DNA from: Macrostomum lignano
Lineage: Eukaryota
Length of the DNA: 44,899 nucleotides
Assembly (NCBI GenBank): GCA_002269645.1
Contig: NIVC01004468.1
Location: forward strand, 1-44,899
Direction of reading: 5' to 3'
The notes beneath the pieces were generated by a model. The model did no database searches. It was not told the origin of the DNA and saw nothing but the letters and a program-made list of their open reading frames with translations. Shown here piece by piece: positions 11,353-22,544 of this stretch (its first letter is position 1; each line of letters starts with the position of its first letter). The position numbers and the translations under genes are program-made.

Positions 11353-14196
11353 ATGGGGTCTAGCCAGTGTCTGGAGCTGCTCAGAGCCCTGCTGGATGTG
11401 AGGCTGCTGCTGCTGCTGGTGTAAGCCGAACTAAGTTGGGTGTGCCTTAGACAGAGGCTAGCGTTCGCAACGTTGGCGCCTACTTTTTAACTTTGGTCCC
11501 CTCGCTCCAGGCTCACGTTGGGTCCTCTCGTTGCCGTCCAGCCTCGGCCAGGTTACACGACCAGGTGCCCTAGGCCTAGCCTAATTCCGGTTCCTAATCC
11601 TAATCCTATCAACATTTTCCTATGGCTCATAAGGCTATTCGTCATTTCGTAGGAAATTTTATTGTTCGCCAAAATACATTGAACAAAAGATCACTACAAG
11701 CTCGAATGTTTATTTTAGTTTATTTATTTGTCCGAGATTTCGTCAACCGGGGTAAAAAAGAGTCTGCTACAGCTTCTTGTAAATTGTTCTCTGGATTGTA
11801 CGAGGCGAGAATTCATATTTACTAGCCTCCCAAGTGAGTCGGGGCAGCAGTTGAAGCTGCGCTGAGTACATTGCACAAGGGGAGAGCGAGGTGCAGCGGA
11901 AAGCAAAGAGAGACGCGTCGTCAGAGTTGACGATGCCCCTTGGCGTTTGAAAAGCACGCACCTGCAGTACAATAGCAACCCCCAACCCCGATCTAGCGAC
12001 CAGTGTACACACGTACACTACAAAGGTTAGAGAGCAGATCAGTGTGCAAGACAACCCTAGCCACGTACACCCGATGGAAGGCGCCGCAGTTACACTTGTC
12101 CTCTTTTGAATGCATGACTTTCATACCGCATGTAGCGAGGGTAAAGAAAGCATTAATACATTTGCTAGTGTATTAATGTTTGCACGGTAGACGTTAGGAT
12201 TGGACCCAGTGTGATACCAACCTCTTGTACTAGAGGTCTCAGGCTCGATTTTCAGGCTCGAGGAGTGACATCGAGGGCCAGCTGGGCATGGAGTGAGTAA
12301 CGTCTCCATATTACTATATTTTGTTAGTCAAACTGACGTAAAGAAAAGCACGAATTACTTATTGCCATTTCATATTTATTTGTAACTCTCCGTTCGGCCC
12401 GTAGGATCGAAATCATGAGCGAGATTTTCTACCAGCAACGCGGACCCAAATTCCTCCAGAGCAATTTTGATGGTGCTTCATTCACTACGAGGAAAATAGG
12501 GCAAAGCCAGGCGGCCCAACCCACCACTGGATAAGTGCCTCAGTGAGTGGTCGCCATCCAAAGCCGCATAAATCAGCTGTTCAAAGCAGACGACGGTCAC
12601 TAACTACATGCGATCTCCGCTTTCTTCAGAACCGCATCGGTATTCAGCAAGGCGCGCGCCAGTCTGTCAATAGGCTTTCAAGCTTTATTCACCATAATGC
12701 ACTTTTTCTCAGTTGACTTCTTGAAGACACTGTCCGTGAAGACGCCAATAAGTCATCAAGATTCATGAATAAAGTCATTTTTCAACGCAATACTGATGCA
12801 TAAAAATTGAGCCATAAAATCATTATTGATTCAATGTGCATTATGTTGAGCCGTGAGCCGAGCTACTCGTGTCAAAAGTTTATTACACTTAAATGAGAAT
12901 AAAATACACATTTCCACATGCAACCAGATAAACAACTGTAGGACGGTACGAGTACATCTGACGTACTCGCCACTAGCTGGTTTCGCGGGCAAAAGCACTC
13001 TGACTGTCCAAAGTTCTACTGGGCACCAATAGCTGCGACCAGCTGATGGAGTTGGCCAGCCGCGGCGACCGGGCGTCACGTTGACCCGCTGGCGAAGGAG
13101 ATGATGGAGCAGGGCGTGAAGCCTACATCGGAACACCCTTCCCGTGGAGTGGCGTCGCGGGGCGACCCGCTCCAATTGTTCCGGATCCACTCACACTTGT
13201 GAGAAGATAGCGCAATCACCAGAGACTCGGTCTACCGCTTCGGCCTAGATCTGAATGATAAATGTGCAGTGTGCGAGGAAACCCGATAGCGCTGTTCACC
13301 TCCTCATCGACTGCCCGGATTATCAACCGGCTCGTAGTCAGGTCTGGGGAGGTGGCTGCATCGACATAGACGACATCTTCAGAGACGCGAGCCTCATCTG
13401 CCGCTACCTTCGCAATGTGGGCCGCACGGACCCGCCCATTGACGATCTTGGCGGACGGACAGCCCCTGCCCCCTTGCCCGCGGGCGAGGACAGGCGGGAG
13501 TGAAGAGAGAAAGAGAGAGCAGGGTTTGAACTCAGAGTATCGGATGATTCCAGGCGAGATTCGGATCTTCCCATTTGGCAAGGCGTCAGATGGGGCCTGT
13601 AAGTTGGCTGGCAATTTACACCAGCTTTGCGCTTGATGTTGACCTTACAATCTGATCACGGATGCGAACAGTTCCATCAGGCGCTGTCAGCCGAGAATAC
13701 TGCCCTGGGTCGGCTATGAGGTGCCTCTGGTGACCTCACTCTGCAAAACACACGAGTCCCCCGAGTTTACTTAGGTGGAAACTTTCTTGGACCAAGAAAT
13801 TATGCCTGCCGCGTGAGTTCGTCAACCATTGCAACAGCTCATGTGAAAAGAAATGGGCTCAGTGCTGAGCGCTTCTCATCGCTGTCTTGACAGAAAACAG
13901 TTTTAATCAGCAAATTTTAAAACGAGTCAAATACATATTTAGCAAATATGAACGGATGCTAAGCTGTACAGTAGCTACAGCTGATTTCACGTTGATTTGG
14001 ATTGCTTAGGCTCATCTGAAACTATCAGCCAAACTGCGAACTTCCAAAATCTTTTGATTCAGCACGTACGCTCGTATTTTAGATTTTTTCTTACTCATTA
14101 CAGCAGTTTTTGCGCTTTCAGTTTCTCTCCAACAGCCACACTGGCTGCCTGAGAACCCTGCAAGCTTCATCTAATGACGATATGGGATTTAGCTGA
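11353..14196 (+). pseudogene. PanK-like pseudogene, paralog of 1434-4330 with the same 6-exon layout
   Basis: Exon relics: ex1 ~11353-11456 (LELLRALLDVRLL...ALDRG); ex2 ending 12292 (GM-GA|gtgagt); ex3 12405-12651 (IEIMSEIFYQQRGPKFLQSNF...IQSRINQLFKADDGH*); ex4 ~12941-13598 (WFAGKS..VLLGTNSCDQLMELASRGDR..HVDPLAKEMMEQG / LNSEYRMIPGEIRIFPFGKASDGA|gtaag); ex5 from 13672 (PSGAVSRE..RVYLGGNF); ex6 14104-14196 (QFLRFQFLSNSHTGCLRTLQAS). Lesions: TAA at 12601, frameshifts, GT>GC donors at 11457 and 12652, and a LINE insertion. Confidence 0.85.
13115..13516 (+). mobile_element. 5'-truncated non-LTR retrotransposon 3' end (I/R1-group-type CCHC C-terminus) with 8-bp TSD
   Basis: TSD GAGCAGGG at 13107-13114 and 13517-13524. 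It encodes, with a frameshift, YRFGLDLNDKCAVCEET/DSAVHLLIDCPDYQPAR...ICRYLRNVGR, and has a GA-rich tail. Confidence 0.85.
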
Positions 14197-15198
14197 CCCT
14201 GATCACAGAATATACACAGAATAGCGATTCGGCAGTTCTCTATGAAAGCGAAAATAAATGCACTTGCACTACTAACGTTGTGAAGCTGATAAGTAGTTGC
14301 GATTTTTTTAACGCGAAGTTGAATGTAAAAGTCGAGCTCAAGATAGCCTTTGAAAGCTTTGAGTCGTCGTTTTGACGCTGCAGATGAATGCTGCGCTATC
14401 ATTGTAATTAATTTGTTCATAATGGTGCGTGCGCAAAGTCATGAGCAGTAGTAACAACTGTTATAACCTCATTGCCATATATATGTAAGCTAAAAAATAA
14501 AAGTAACAAACATATAACAACAGGTTAAGTTTTAGCCCTGCACGCAAGGCAGGAAATACCAGGCGCAACAGAAATTGCAAATCTCATGCAATCACACTCA
14601 TCCGCTTGAACTTCCTGATTGCTCACTGCAAAATGCTCGCCCATGCTTTCTCTCCTGAGCCAATCCTGCGCCCATTGCAGCAATGGTGTAAGCGCAGCTT
14701 CGAAAACAGCCTTGCAATGCCCATCACGCATCTCTCTGAGTGCTCTGCAGTGCAATGAGTCGCAATATATGGCCTGATGCCAATAATTTGCTGATTCTGT
14801 GTGACACACCAGCATGCATGAACTTTGGCACTTCCAGCAATTTGAATTAGCGTTCCATCTCAGTGACAGCTCTGATTGTAGAGTGTTCTACCTCCCTCAA
14901 AAAGTGATAAAATTGTTAACGTACTACTTACATAGTAGTAAGACAAGTAGCATGTATAAGAATAAGCGTTGAATCACATATATATTTTAATCAACCAATC
15001 AGAAGAGCGAAAAATCAGACATATTATTTTTAGCAACCAACCAATCACGTGTGACCTATATTTGTCAGTTCAAACCCCACCTACGATTCATCATTCGGCT
15101 TGCACCCGGATGAACCAATCAAAGATATCTAAAAATAGCTCAGCTACGGTAACAATCATGCGCGCTTACACTAGACTAGTTGCTTAACTTTCTACCCT

Positions 15199-15890
15199 GT
15201 CATTCTTGACAGCAACCAAAGCGTGACCCTTTGACATTTACGAAAAAGGTGATGGACGACCTCGAGAGAGGTCCATTTGCCTATAAATACAAGTGGTCCG
15301 AAGCGGACCCGGAGCCATAGGACGAGACGAGAGGAGAAGCTCCGAAGAGGAAGCCTTAGGAGGACTTCCTGATCACCAAGTCAATCGAGACTCGGTCGAG
15401 TTGTTGCGGTAAGTAAGCCTTGCTCATTTGCGCCCGTGGTTTGAGTCGACTCACTCAAACTGAGTGATAGTGTTAGAGTCTGTTGAGACTCTTGAGTCCA
15501 TCTGAGACTCCATTGATTGTTAGTCAGAAGGACTACCCTAAAAGATCTTAGAGGATCTATTAGAGATTACCGGAGCAATACCTAGAGTGCATTGAGGCAC
15601 TACTAGAAGGAGAAGGCTTAAGTGAAACCGCAGATCGGCGCAGGGTACCCATTGTTGACACGAGGCCTCTGATTGGTCCTGACTGCAGATACCGGCCGGA
15701 AACAAATTCATCGGAAGTAAAAGAAGATACAGGACCAGATCAACCGATTCTAGACGTCTACACTTCCTGAAGGACAGGAACGCAACAGATTGCAACAGAA
15801 CTACAAGGAGATCTCTCAAATCGGACTCAAGGTAACAGATACCTTCATTTGATAACTGGGTTGCCTAGCAAAGTAGCTAGAAGTAATTGT
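15199..15890 (+). mobile_element. Possible retroelement 5' end or LTR-like segment
   Basis: Begins TGTCA, contains CCTATAAATA at ~15282 and a short decayed ORF-like stretch (RLPEQYLECIEALLEG...). No second copy or diagnostic domain was seen. Confidence 0.25.
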
Positions 15891-15897
15891 TCCTTGA

Positions 15898-16331
15898 TTA
15901 CTGAGAAAGTCTTGGTAGTAAGGAACACATCATGATAACTGCTCGGCTTGGAATGGCTAAGCTGTCATCGCACTTGCACTTCAGTCGCAGGAAGCGTGTC
16001 CGATCAAATTGCTCCTTCAGTTCTTGCTGGCACACCTCACACTTGCACTTGGTTTCAAAGAAGCGGAACAGCAACCAACCGCCGACATATGCGCACTTCT
16101 CGTGATCTAAGTCATCCGATGTAGCAAAGAGCTCATCACCTGCTTCTGTGAGATCTGAGTCACAAGTGTTGCTCTGAATGGTGGACTGGATCTGGAGCTT
16201 CTTGGCTCACTGCAGCCTTGGATGCTCTCTGGCTGCTGGAAACCGGTGAAATTAGTGCCCGGCGGACACTTGTCGGCGTAGTTGAGGCATCCGTACGCAG
16301 CGCACTGAAGCCTCGAAGCAGACGCAGGCAT
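15898..16331 (-). mobile_element. P-element-like relic: degenerate THAP domain joined to a P-transposase-type C-terminal segment
   Basis: MPASASRLQCAAYGCLN...GTNF(H)RFP...RLQ(*=W)AKKL gives the THAP CxxxxC..F..FP..W pattern with one frameshift and one stop. It continues in frame to EKCAYVGGWLLFRF..KCEVCQQEL..FLRLK..SLAIPSRAV..MC, like the YIAGY..C..C..L..PS..V region of THAP9/P transposases. Confidence 0.55.
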
Positions 16332-17139
16332 GCAAAACAGTATCACAATAAGCTGCGTATTCAAACTCTAGCAGATATGCCTTCGGTATTAGCACTTTTG
16401 AAGCCAAACCTAGCTTCAGCAGCACTAGCTTGTGCCATTAAGAATGCAATACAACAAATGCAGTCTAGCGCGATCAAAAATGCATTTGACCTGCATGCTT
16501 TCATGCCACAAGCTCGTGCTAGAAAGCCCAAGGCATGCTGTCTATGGCACTAACTTAGAGCGCAGAGGCAGCAGAAGCCAGGGCCAGCCTTAAGGTAGTT
16601 TCTAAAAATAGAACAGTTTAGAAGGGGGCGATGCATTGGTTCATCCATAGATAGATGCTTTATGGCAGTATCTGTGGTTCTATCAAGCCTTTCTATATTC
16701 TGTGGGACAAACCCGCAATAAATGGCAAAGAATTGGTAAAGTGCCATTCAGCCTACTTAGTCTTTTTCACAACAAAGTAGCCAGAATAGAATATCATTCT
16801 TGTGCAAGAAATTTTCTGAAAATGCGGGATTCGCCATTCTGTGTGTATTCTGTGACCCTGATTGTGCCGCAGGCGAGATAAGTCAGCAAGGTGAATCGAC
16901 AAACATTTGCTTGAATGCCTGTATAAATCTGAGCAGACTGTTAACTGACTCCGTGACCTGTTGTGTTCTGCTTGAGTAAATCCAACATACTCATTTTTAA
17001 CCTCTGGCATGCTTTCTGCTGTTGGCTGTCAGCTATTATGCACTAATGTAAAGAAAATGATTTTACGCTCGTAAACTTTATAATCATATTTATATAAATA
17101 AAGAAAAAATTATAAAGCTTTTACTGCAATCAGGTCTTC

Positions 17140-17272
17140 CTGGCTAGTCACCCGGTCTTCCTGTCATCGATTCTTCCAGTCGTACGGTTCTCCAGTCTTT
17201 TGATCTTCCTTCTGGTCTTCCAGTCTCCCGTTCTTCCAGTCTTCCATCTTCCAGTCTTCCGCTCTTCCAAGT
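17140..17272. repeat. Degenerate TCTTCCAG low-complexity repeat
   Basis: Repeated TCTTCC(A/T)G motifs. Confidence 0.6.
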
Positions 17273-17692
17273 CGCGGTGCAGGTATTGCAATTAAAGCGG
17301 ATCTGTCCAGCTCTGATAAATTTGTTCAAGAGCAAAGGCGTCGCAATGCTATGACAATTATTAAGTTTTTAAGCTTCCTAGTGAAGTTAAAAAAGTGTAG
17401 ACGACGAAACTCTTTAAACTAAATCATAGGAAACTGTGACTTTGTGTGCAGGTTTAAAAATTACACAAGGCTAAAGTGTAGCGTCGGTTGAACAACTTTG
17501 AATAACTCAGAATAAGTTTGCATGCTGGATAAAATATCACAATTAGGGGCGTTTAACCAAACAGCATACACTTCAGAATTCAAAAAAATCGATTAAACGA
17601 AAAACACGCTATTGTGCATACCAAACGAAATCAATGCTCAAAACTCTGCATTTAGTTGCAATGAGTCAAAGGTCCCTAGTCACTAAGAGTCA

Positions 17693-20515
17693 CTAAGACC
17701 TTGATGCCATAACGGTAGTAGCAGGGTTATTGGTGTAGAACTGGATGTTGTTCTCTGCCTCGGGCCTCGCGTACACTGCGTACAGCTTCGGAGCGAACAG
17801 GATCGACAGCAGCAGCGCGTGCGTGAGGCTGGACGAGAACGCAAGCAGCAACATTGCGGTAGTCAGAGAGCTGGCCGAAAGAGCGGACGGAACGAACGCC
17901 GACCACAAGAAGAGGCCGGACACTCCGCAAGCCAGGATGCACTTGGTGTCGTGAAAGTTGTCCGGAAGCGATCGGGTCTTCAGCGACAGGCCGCACGTGA
18001 CAGTCAGGATCAGCAGGTTGCAGCACAGCGGAGCCCAGAACGCCGTGGTCGCGATCGCGCAGTTCTTCTCCACGACTGGTCGGACCGAAGGATCGGTCAC
18101 AAGCTGTTTGAGCTCCGAGCTCAGTGGTCGGAACACGGTCACTCCACTAAGCAGCAGGCACTGCAATGCCCGCATGGATGGGTTCTAATCTCATTTGCTG
18201 GTGCGTGTCATATGCTCGTAGCTACACATTTGTCCTACAGCATGTCCTGCGTTTGTCCTACAGCATGTCCTGCATTTGTCCTACAGCATGTCCTGAATTT
18301 GTCCTACAGAATATCCTGCATTTGTCTTTAAAGCATGTCCTGAATTTGTCCAACAGCATGTCCTGAATTTGTCTTTAAAGCATGTCCTGAATTTGTCCTA
18401 CAGCATCTCATGCATTTGTCCTACAGAATTTCCTCACCATTCCGAAAATGACTGCGGCCAGCATCATCAGCATCGGCTTCTGTCGCGCGAGCCAAGGTAC
18501 CGGACGACCCACTCTCGATGCAGAGAAGATCAGATGGACGCGAAGGGTCTTCACCAACTGACTCGCGTAGCAAGCAGTCAGGCTGAGCTGGAATGCGCAG
18601 TTCAAAGCATTGCACATTACGTGCGAGCTGTCTACAACGAACAGACCGAGACACGCTAGACCGAGAAGGTTCCCACACATGCACGTGACGGACAAGTGTA
18701 TCGACGAGGCCTTGATGAGCTTGTGGTGTCGACGGTTGATGAACAGAGCGAGCACGACGACCAGGAAGATCGTGAGTAGAGCGAGACATGCCAGCAGCAC
18801 AGGAAACTGCAGTCCGTCTCTCCACGCGTACACCGGTATCGACTCGCAGCTCAGCCGGTCTTGACTGGGCCAGTGAAACTCCGAACACGACAGACACGAC
18901 TTGCCATCATCGGACACGATCTCCTGCTTGAAGCACGGCTTGCACGTAAAGCAGCAAGCATCTGTCTCCAACTTGATCTCGCCAGCACTGCACGGAGCAC
19001 TGCAGAATGACTTTGGCAGTTCCGACTGAGCTGCATGCTGATCGAGCTCGAGTTCTGCCACCATCGAATAGGTGTGAGGTCGCTCAACGTAAGACCGGCT
19101 GACTCCGTCCACGTTCCGACCTTCACCAGCTGACCGTCTGGCTGCTCCTGACGAATCTCGTAGGCCGGCGATCCGTCACCGTTCAAGTCGAAGCTCACGT
19201 TTCCGGTTCGCATGAAAGGGAAGCTGGAGTTCGCAAGCAGCTTCATCACCTTCGGGCCTGTGACACATGCACTCACAGCCGTAACATTCGGCCACTTTGT
19301 CGCGCAATCGACCAGAGCGACGCTCTCGATACACGAGACCAGAATGTTGATTGAGTCCAGAAGTCTTGCGACAGGAGCCACCTCAGAGTCGATTGATAGA
19401 CTCGACTTTGAGCCGACTCTGCAACTGCCGTCAGAGCAGCACAATGCAGCGCTATCCAATGTGCAGTTGAACAGAAGTCGGAGCAGTTGTTCGCCGAACG
19501 GATAGCCGAGGACCTCAGATCCGTTCAGCGAGTGGTAGAAGTGGATGAGGTCGGGCGTGGCGAACTTTGTAAACGAGGTATAGATGGCACCCGTGGTGAA
19601 ATGTTTGTAGGCAACGGAATTCGCATCCGTTGTGATGATAACTCCTTTTCTGCCACTTATCGCTTGGAGTAAGAATTCTGGAATGCTACTAAAGGTATCG
19701 AATACAAGAAAGCCACGCAGGTAGGGGTACTGACTCATCTGGGTGTCGACATCCTCCTTTGTCAAAAACATGTTGATAGGTAAAGTGAAAGCCACGCACA
19801 CTGTCTGACCGAATTTGCTACTTTGCTGAAGCAGTAGACGCGTGTTCTGGAGCAGTCCTCTACCGTACACATCGTCTCTGTGCACGATTCCTACCATGGT
19901 CCAGTTGAAGTACTGCACGAGGTCTACGACTGCCTTGGCCTGGTAGCTGTCGGGAGCTACTTGACGGAATACGTTGGGGTAGAGCGTCTTGTCCGACAGA
20001 GCATCGCTGCTGCACTCGTTTCCGACCTGCGGCATGGAGTAGAGAGACAGCTGACGGGACACCAGCTGCGTCTCGCTGCTACGCCAGCCCGACACGACGG
20101 CATGAACGAAGTAGAACTTTTCTCCGAGGCTGGACACTACCTGGTCGCAGAATCCGGCAGCCGCATCAAGGCCGGTCGGGTGTGTCCATGCCGGCCTAAT
20201 CCGCTTCAGCATGTCCACCAGACGACGGTCCAGGTAGCACGGATCAAGATGGAGCAGACCGAGGCGGAGATTGCGACTGATCCATTTTGCATTGATGTGT
20301 TTAGCAGCGTAGTGCGGTGCCAGATTGCGTAGAAAGATAGATTCTGTGAGCTTCGCTCCAGGTGTGTCGCAGTAGAACTGTGTGCTCTCTAATACGGCTA
20401 AATTAATTATTCCGCTTGCGATGCACAGTTGCTGTCCGGGAAGGTACGTGACAGTTTGAGATGCAAGTCCAAGAACTAGAGTATAAGCAATTGCAGCTGC
20501 TGTCAGTGAAGTCAT
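17693..20515 (-). CDS. Class C GPCR copy 2, 2 exons; one 1-bp frameshift at ~19044 as assembled
   Basis: Exon 1 is 20515-18438, the intron 18437-18161 and exon 2 18160-17693. It has a signal peptide MTSLTAAAIAYTLVLGLAS. GG>G at 19044 relative to copy 1 shifts the frame just before the CRD. Corrected length is about 848 aa. Confidence 0.9.
18227..18427. repeat. 23-bp intronic minisatellite, ~8-9 units, GPCR-2 intron
   Basis: Same unit as 7185-7407. Confidence 0.95.
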
Positions 20516-21342
20516 ACTTACTGTCTCTGCTACGAAGGGCGGATACTTAGCAGGATTTTTCTTATGACTTAAGTATCAAATCGGGAAGCCACGCCCATGC
20601 CCTCGGCAACCAATGAAGCGTGAGGCCTTAATCAGTGCAATCGATTGGCAACGTTTGGTTTCAATTTCTTCCGTCGTGCAAGCTCGATCTGCACAAGGAA
20701 TTTCAGAGCAATTAAAATTTAAACTCATGGATTTTCGAATAAAAGCCTTTAAGACTAGATTGATCGCAGCAGAGTATATTGATCGATGAGAATTATTGAC
20801 TGTGCTCTCAAAACTCAATTTGTTTCTGCTTCATGCACGAGCTCGCATTATTGCAAGAAGTGAAATCGAGGAGCATCAAAAGAAGGAAATCGTTGGTAAA
20901 TCTTTTAAAAACGTTTTTTGTTACATTTTTAAAACCCACAGGGATCAGCTTTTCAGCTACCTTTGATAAACGAAAAGAGTTGATAATTTTTCTCGTATTT
21001 TTTCTAGTCAGTCAATGTTTACGAAATCGATTCAGTGAGTTAAACCGACATATTCACAGGCCATTTGCTGTTGTCAACCCGAGGTTCTCGAGTCAATGAC
21101 ATTTAAGAAATCATTGACTGTCGCTCAGCTCAGCTCAAGGTGACAAGGTGATAAGATAACACGATTGGCTCTGTCACTCTGACACGCAACTGATAACGAC
21201 TGATTTCAACGTAAAATGCACCGCTATTGTTCTCACTTGGGAGTTCATGGTTGACAATATTTTGTTGAACCCTTTTTAATATGAGACGCTATGCCAGCCT
21301 TTAAGTACACGCTCTTCAGACAGTTCACGCATTCCACGATGC

Positions 21343-21641
21343 AATAATAATAATAATAAATAATTGGTTACACCTGCTCCAAAGGGCAGATGTGCAACCG
21401 ACAGCTCAGCCGCAGCTGAAGGCTGCTTACGGCTGTTCAGTTTAGGAATTGGGGGTCGCCACACACACCCTAAACTACCCCAGCGAGTTCTGGTGCCCAT
21501 TTTACAGCTGGGTGAACTGAAGCAATACAGAGTTCAGCGTCTTGCTCAAGGACACAAATTTTTCCGAGTGGGTCGAGAATCGAACCCCCGACCTTTCAGT
21601 CGTGAGTCCAACGCTCCAAAAACTAGACTAAAACCCCTCAC
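21343..21641 (-). mobile_element. tRNA-derived SINE with CORE-like central domain and (TTA)n tail
   Basis: The minus strand has a tRNA-like head with B-box GGTTCGATTCT. The plus strand reads CCCATTTTACAGCTGGGTGAACTGAAG..CTTGCTCAAGGACAC, resembling the MIR/CORE segment. An (AAT)n run lies at 21343-21363. Confidence 0.75.
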
Positions 21642-22544
21642 TAGGCTACAACCCCGATGTAACTGTAGAAATTTTTTGTGAACATGCGCTTGGGCTAAAT
21701 TAACAAACAATTAAAATTAAGACTCCCAGTTCTCATCGACTATTTGAATACGGTTTAGCTTTGAATTTTATAGAACAAAAAATTGTTATTAATTGTAATT
21801 TATACTTAATTTTTGCTTTTTCGACCACTAATTTCACTCTCTCTGACTAGAGGCTGTGGAGATATCAGGAGCTTCCTTCGCCAGGCAGTATAGCCCAGGG
21901 TTTTACCGAGAGCTGCATGATTTTATCACGACTCTACAAGCTGACTAAATCCATGTTGTAACAGCTGATTCAATTTTCGAGTTCACACGAGAAGAAAATG
22001 TAGCTGGCGTGGCTTGTACACGTATGCTGGGGTCGAATTTTAGGGAATTTTATACAGGATAATCTACTGTAAAATTGGGAGTTGCCCTCAAAGATGTCAA
22101 GAGGCAGACGGACATAAAAGAAGGGGGTTCCGAACGGGTGACTACTGACAGACGGGTGAAGGACAGCGTCTGCAACCTTTGACCGCCAAGCAGGAAATAT
22201 CGAGTGCCTTCCTTGAACCTCGAGAGCCAATTCAATCAATTTTAGCGTTGAGACAGTTTCAGTGGCTTTGTCGCCAAATTGAGACATTGAGAGTAACTAT
22301 TCATTCCAAGATGACTGAGCAGATATCAGCAAGTACAAGATAATTTTTCAATGCAATCGATTAGTCTGATGGAGCCATCAACTCTTAAAATCTATAAAGA
22401 TATCTTCCTGGCAACGACAAACATTATCATTATTTCTTTGCGTGTCAATGTCTTTTTGACCATGCGCCTAATTTACTTCAGTACCTCCTCAAGCTCTGAA
22501 GTTTGAGCCCTTTTCTTGGGGACGATAGATTTTGATAACTCCAT

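Noticed and set aside
11797-11807. TGTACGAGGCG shared in reverse complement with 26546-26556 near the GPCR-3 start, within ~45 bp of loose similarity
   Set aside because: Too short. The first copy lies in the pseudo-PanK intron, so a small interspersed repeat or chance is more likely than a conserved promoter element.
21970-22500. Coding-like minus-strand remnants, possibly a transposase (similarly 14525-14815 and 38405-38789)
   Set aside because: No motif I can assign with confidence.
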